Source of the DNA: an uncultured Acidobacteriota bacterium
Lineage (GTDB): Bacteria > Acidobacteriota > Blastocatellia > RBC074
DNA: 64,000 bases
Direction: 5' to 3'
Assembly (NCBI GenBank): GCA_963796275.1
Contig: CAWCKY010000004.1
Coordinates: 1,376,001 to 1,440,000 of the forward strand
Positions 59,849-64,000 of this stretch are shown here, piece by piece. A program made the position numbers and the translations under genes. Position 1 is the stretch's first letter. Every line of letters starts with the position of its first letter. Under the pieces are notes generated by a model. That model was not told where the DNA came from and did no database searches. It worked only from the letters and a program-made list of their open reading frames with translations.

Positions 59849-59917
59849 AAGCGGAGCGGTTAATTTCAGTTTTTAGTTTTAGCTGAGCTGTTTCGTTCAG
59901 CAACTGAAAACTAAAAA

Positions 59918-61705
59918 CTATTTCTTCTGCGCCTGTGCGGATGGTATGGGTTGCTTGGGCGGCGGGTCTAGCAGTTTGAGTTCTTTCGCTTTGAGCAGCA
60001 GGTTTCCTGCAATCGGTGCGGAGGTGCGTGAGCCGTATCCGCCTCCTTCGACCACGACGGCGAAAGCAATTTGAGGATTTTCGACCGGCGCAAAGCCGAT
60101 AAACCAGGAATCGATACGGAACTCTTTTTTGAATCGCTCACGCCCGCGCTTATCGCGATACATAATCGGGCGTTTAGTCTTCGGATCGACCGCGTTGACC
60201 TGGCGCTGGGCGGTCCCCGTCTTACCTCCGGCCGTCAATTTGTCGCGGATCAAACCCGCGAAGGCTCCGCTCGCCGTGCCGCGCTCGACCACCGATGCCA
60301 TCAATTCGCGCATCTTTTCTGCCGTTTGCGACGACATCGCCTGACTTAAAACGGCACGCTGCCTCCCCAGCTCGATCACGGGCCGCATCACCATCCCCTC
60401 TCGATTGGCGGCGGCGGCGGCGACAATTGCCATCTCCATGGCCGTCAGTTGAACGTATCCCTGTCCGATCGATTCGAGCGCCAGATCGTATTTGGTGACG
60501 CCCCGTCCCGAGACGAAGGTCGACTGGAGCGGCGCGAGCGAGGATGAAAGCACCCTGTTTTCGGTGCTCCACAGATCATTGCGGCGCCCCGCACCGATGG
60601 ATTCCGCCGCGACATTGAATACCTTAAGCCCGAAGCGCGATGCCGCATCGCCCATCCTCTGCCGTTCGACCTCAACACCCAGCTGCGCGAAATACTGGTT
60701 GCAGGACCGGGTGTACGCCTCGAGCAGGCCTAATCTGCCGTGCGCTTCACCCTCATCATCCCGGATCGCACGGTTCGACCCGGGCGGCGTCCACCCTTCT
60801 CCCCGGCAGGTGAATTCGAGATTATCAAGTCTCGACTCGATAGCCGCGGCAGCAGTGACCGTCTTGAGCGTAGAGCCCGGCAGATAGTACTCGCTCAGCG
60901 CACGATTGAGCAGCGGCTGCCGCATCGCGTCATTCTGCATCTCGTTCCATCGTTCACCGATCTCCACGTGAGCGGGATCGAAACTCGGACTGCTCACAAG
61001 CGCATAGATCTCGCCTGACTGCGGATTGAGCATGACGATCGCGCCGCGTTTATCTTTCAGCTGAGCGAATGCCTCTCTTTGCAGATCGAAGTCGATGGTC
61101 AGTATCAAGTCCCTGCCGACCGCAGGGCGCGCCGTCTCGTTATTGAACGAAATGAATTTTTCCCACCAGCTCTTTTCATCATTAATCGGAGGCTGCGCTA
61201 CGACGGCGCGCTCCAGTCCTGAGTCTCCGCGCGCGAGCGTGCCGTAACCGATGATGTGCGCGGCTGCAGGCCCGAGCGGATAATCGCGGATGATCTGTCC
61301 ATTCAGATATCGGTACTTCGCCAGAGTCTTCTTCGCATCGTGGTGACGGTCGTATATCCAGCCTCGCAGAGTGCTCTCGACCTCTCGGCGGTTACGCTGA
61401 TCGCGGCGATTCTTCAGTCCGGCGAACGCCTCGTTGACGCCGAGCGGGCCAGTAGCGTAAAGCCCCCAATAAAAGTGGAAGCCCAATGCGGTGAGCACCA
61501 TCAGCGCAAACAGCCAACGCACATAACGCAGCCGTGCGCTGGTCAGGCGCGGACCGAAGTCTTCAGGCAGACCTGCATCGGTCATTTCATTTTGCGTGCG
61601 AGGGGAATTCCGTGCCCGATAACGCCAGGCGGATAGAAGAAGCGAAATGGTCAGCCAGCCCAGGCCGAATAAAAGTATAAGTGTGGCAATGAAAGCAAAA
61701 TTCAT
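59918..61705 (-). CDS. pbpA: Class B penicillin-binding transpeptidase (PbpA-like)
   Basis: PGSTLK (SxxK), SCN (SxN), GKTGTAQ, WFIGFAP. Confidence 0.9.
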   Translation of the reverse strand: MNFAFIATLILLFGLGWLTISLLLSAWRYRARNSPRTQNEMTDAGLPEDFGPRLTSARLRYVRWLFALMVLTALGFHFYWGLYATGPLGVNEAFAGLKNRRDQRNRREVESTLRGWIYDRHHDAKKTLAKYRYLNGQIIRDYPLGPAAAHIIGYGTLARGDSGLERAVVAQPPINDEKSWWEKFISFNNETARPAVGRDLILTIDFDLQREAFAQLKDKRGAIVMLNPQSGEIYALVSSPSFDPAHVEIGERWNEMQNDAMRQPLLNRALSEYYLPGSTLKTVTAAAAIESRLDNLEFTCRGEGWTPPGSNRAIRDDEGEAHGRLGLLEAYTRSCNQYFAQLGVEVERQRMGDAASRFGLKVFNVAAESIGAGRRNDLWSTENRVLSSSLAPLQSTFVSGRGVTKYDLALESIGQGYVQLTAMEMAIVAAAAANREGMVMRPVIELGRQRAVLSQAMSSQTAEKMRELMASVVERGTASGAFAGLIRDKLTAGGKTGTAQRQVNAVDPKTKRPIMYRDKRGRERFKKEFRIDSWFIGFAPVENPQIAFAVVVEGGGYGSRTSAPIAGNLLLKAKELKLLDPPPKQPIPSAQAQKK

Positions 61706-61728
61706 ATCAATTCCGCGCAGGCGAGTCT

Positions 61729-62541
61729 CTACGCAGACTCATCTTTCAGTCTCATTTCCATGCCCAGCTCGACGTCACCGAAACGCACACGATCGCCGTC
61801 GCGAACTATGGTCCTGTCTCCAGTGCCCAACAAGATGCCATTGACATAAGTGCCGTTGGCGCTGGCCCGGTCGGCCAGCTCGAGCGTTCCGTCGGGCGAC
61901 AGCACAAATGCCGCATGGAAATTAGATACCGTCGGGTCTCTGATGACCATCTCGTTCGCCACATTTCGCCCGACGCCCACCGGATCACCGCCGCTCTTCA
62001 CGTCCACGCGAAATTCGGGGAACCCTCCGATGCCCCGCACCACTACGTGAACGCATTTATGCGGCGGCGCGCCAGCTCCCTTAGCAGCGAGCTGGCCGGA
62101 ATTGCCTTTCACAATTACTACCTGTCTCGCCTCGCCAAAACCGAATTTAACCTCGAGTCCGCGCGTGAAAGCGTCATAACCGATCTTCAACTGTACTTTG
62201 TCGAGCACAGCATAGCGGCGATTATAGATGTATTCGTATGCGCTTGAACTCAATTCCCGTTCGAGAAATGCGCGTCTCCGCTGGCCCATGCGAGTGTACG
62301 TTTCGTAATCGTAGCGCAATTCAATCAGGTTGGGAGCGACGATGCGCGTCTCTTCTGTCCTCAGATTCTCTTCTATCGCCCGTTCGATCTGTGGAATGAG
62401 CGCCGAGAGATCCGTCCGCCCACTTATCTGAGTGGAGGTCCCGCGCCGCAAAGCGTAATCGAGAGCACCGCCGATGCGCTCGAAAAATCGACGTACGAAA
62501 AATTCTAAACGATTTACCATGCCAGGGCTGTTTTCTAACAT
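61729..62541 (-). CDS. fhaA: FhaA-like protein (DUF3662 + FHA)
   Basis: APN..ELRY N-domain; FHA GRN...DPTVSNFHA...SANGTYVNG. Confidence 0.85.
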   Translation of the reverse strand: MLENSPGMVNRLEFFVRRFFERIGGALDYALRRGTSTQISGRTDLSALIPQIERAIEENLRTEETRIVAPNLIELRYDYETYTRMGQRRRAFLERELSSSAYEYIYNRRYAVLDKVQLKIGYDAFTRGLEVKFGFGEARQVVIVKGNSGQLAAKGAGAPPHKCVHVVVRGIGGFPEFRVDVKSGGDPVGVGRNVANEMVIRDPTVSNFHAAFVLSPDGTLELADRASANGTYVNGILLGTGDRTIVRDGDRVRFGDVELGMEMRLKDESA

Positions 62542-62738
62542 ATCAATGCATAAATCGGAGAATTACCGCTAGAAGGGATTCGCTATTGTCGTTCGTGATT
62601 CTTTCTGCCCCATCGTTTGCCCGATAAATTCCCTTCCATTTTGCCTCTGTTGCATCAATGCAATTCAATGAACGATTAGCAATAGTCAATCTCAACCCCA
62701 AATTGCTATGCGATGCAATACATTTTACTTTGTCCCCC

Positions 62739-63530
62739 CTATGGCAAACGCCTCTGCTTCGCCGCCTCGAACAGAAAAACGGCAGCAGCCGCTGCCACAT
62801 TGAGCGACTCTACGGGAGCGCAAAGGGGTATACGCAACCGTGCATCGCAACGTTCCAATAACTCGGTGGCGATGCCCCGCCCCTCATTCCCGAATATAAC
62901 CATTGTTGGAAGGCGCCAATCGTAATCATTATAGATGATATCAGCATCAGCCGATGCCGTTACGATATTAATTTGACCCGAGCGCGCCATCGCAAGGACA
63001 ACATCGGCATCGACCTTCTCCGCGATCGGAAGACGGAACGCGCTTCCCATGCTGCTGCGCAGCGTCTTGGGCGCAAAGGCATCGACTGAACCTCTCAAAG
63101 CTACCAGGCCAGTTGCCCCCGCAGCTTCCGCCGTCCGGACTATCGCCCCGAAATTTCCCGGATCCTGCACGGAATCGAGGCAAACAATAAGTATCTTATC
63201 ATTTGGCGAGAATACCTGCTCGATCGCAAAGTGCGGGCGTTGAGCGATGATGATCAATCCTTGAGTATTGACCGTATCGGCGAGAGTGGCGAGCACCGGC
63301 TCGGCTGCCTGATAGACCTGGCAATTGCGAAGCGTCGCCTCGGCAATAATCTTTTCCGCACGCGGGTTGGGAGAGGGTGTGTGGAAACAGGCGATCAATT
63401 TGAGATTCGCCTGTAAAGATTCCTCGATGAGTCGCTCGCCTTCGAGAAAGATCAGATCGGCCTCGCGGCCATCGCGCACCCCTCGCGCATGTTTTATGCG
63501 TTCATTGGCGGGGCTGGTAATCAGCATCAT
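62739..63530 (-). CDS. TrmH/SpoU family RNA methyltransferase
   Basis: [36 protein letters not shown]. Confidence 0.94.
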   Translation of the reverse strand: MMLITSPANERIKHARGVRDGREADLIFLEGERLIEESLQANLKLIACFHTPSPNPRAEKIIAEATLRNCQVYQAAEPVLATLADTVNTQGLIIIAQRPHFAIEQVFSPNDKILIVCLDSVQDPGNFGAIVRTAEAAGATGLVALRGSVDAFAPKTLRSSMGSAFRLPIAEKVDADVVLAMARSGQINIVTASADADIIYNDYDWRLPTMVIFGNEGRGIATELLERCDARLRIPLCAPVESLNVAAAAAVFLFEAAKQRRLP

Positions 63531-63559
63531 CTTAGATTAAATTCCCCAACTTCAGCAGT

Positions 63560-64000
63560 TCAAAACAGATATCCGAAAGCCAGATTATAATGGTTATTCT
63601 TGAATCTGCCGGTTGAATAGTCGGTCCACATCCTCCGATATTCCAATGACATCAGAAAATTCGACCGCATATGATAGATGAAATTGGCCGAGCCGACCTG
63701 ATTTTTGAACCGCGTACGATCGTTGACTATACCTGAACTGATATCGAGATTGGACGGGTCTTCCTGGCCATACGCGAAATTGAACTCGAGATTGCGGCGA
63801 GCCAGTGCGCGTAATTGAAACCAGCCGCCGCTCGATCGCACGCCGCGGACGATCGATAGCGGATCGTCGAATGGACCGGTGGCGGCGAAGTGGCGATCGA
63901 TCCGTGACCCGCTCTCTTCACTGAGGCTGACGCTACGCCCGTGATATGCCTCGCCGCTGACTTCGAAATGGGCTCCGAGCGGAATCAGCCAGTCGCCGGA
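63560..64000 (-). CDS. C-terminus of an outer-membrane beta-barrel (porin-like) protein
   Basis: Frame open from the window edge (SGDWLIPLG...GGWFQL...SLEYRR...LAFGYLF); terminal aromatic Bam signal. Confidence 0.7.
   Translation of the reverse strand, partial: SGDWLIPLGAHFEVSGEAYHGRSVSLSEESGSRIDRHFAATGPFDDPLSIVRGVRSSGGWFQLRALARRNLEFNFAYGQEDPSNLDISSGIVNDRTRFKNQVGSANFIYHMRSNFLMSLEYRRMWTDYSTGRFKNNHYNLAFGYLF

Overview
A gene-dense 64 kb chromosomal window, most likely from an Acidobacterium (inferred from two Oar-type TonB-dependent receptors, the clpC-bamA-skp-skp-lpxD-fabZ-lpxA-lpxI cluster and fhaA-pbpA). Most of it is housekeeping: methionine synthesis (yitJ-like, metH) behind a SAM-II-like riboswitch, envelope and lipid A biogenesis, an ECF sigma/anti-sigma/Spy-like trio and assorted metabolic genes. 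The accessory part is a decayed ~6 kb island between an intact tRNA-Ser(GCT) (19364-19454) and a degenerate, partly tandem-duplicated copy of its 3' part (13390-13514). The island carries a secreted vanadium haloperoxidase-like gene, IS3 and IS701-like remnants, and a small RRM / RNA polymerase omega paralogue / Cys-rich / HEAT-repeat module. The most striking non-coding pattern is a recurring intergenic architecture: a 7-nt (sometimes 8-9-nt) tandem array, a spacer, then the reverse-complement array. The unit sequence differs between sites, and two such elements bracket a GTAG-type REPIN-like palindrome cluster. lpxD is frameshifted at an AG run. No CRISPR array, rRNA gene or intact integrase was found. 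All calls come from motif reading by eye; no database searches were run.
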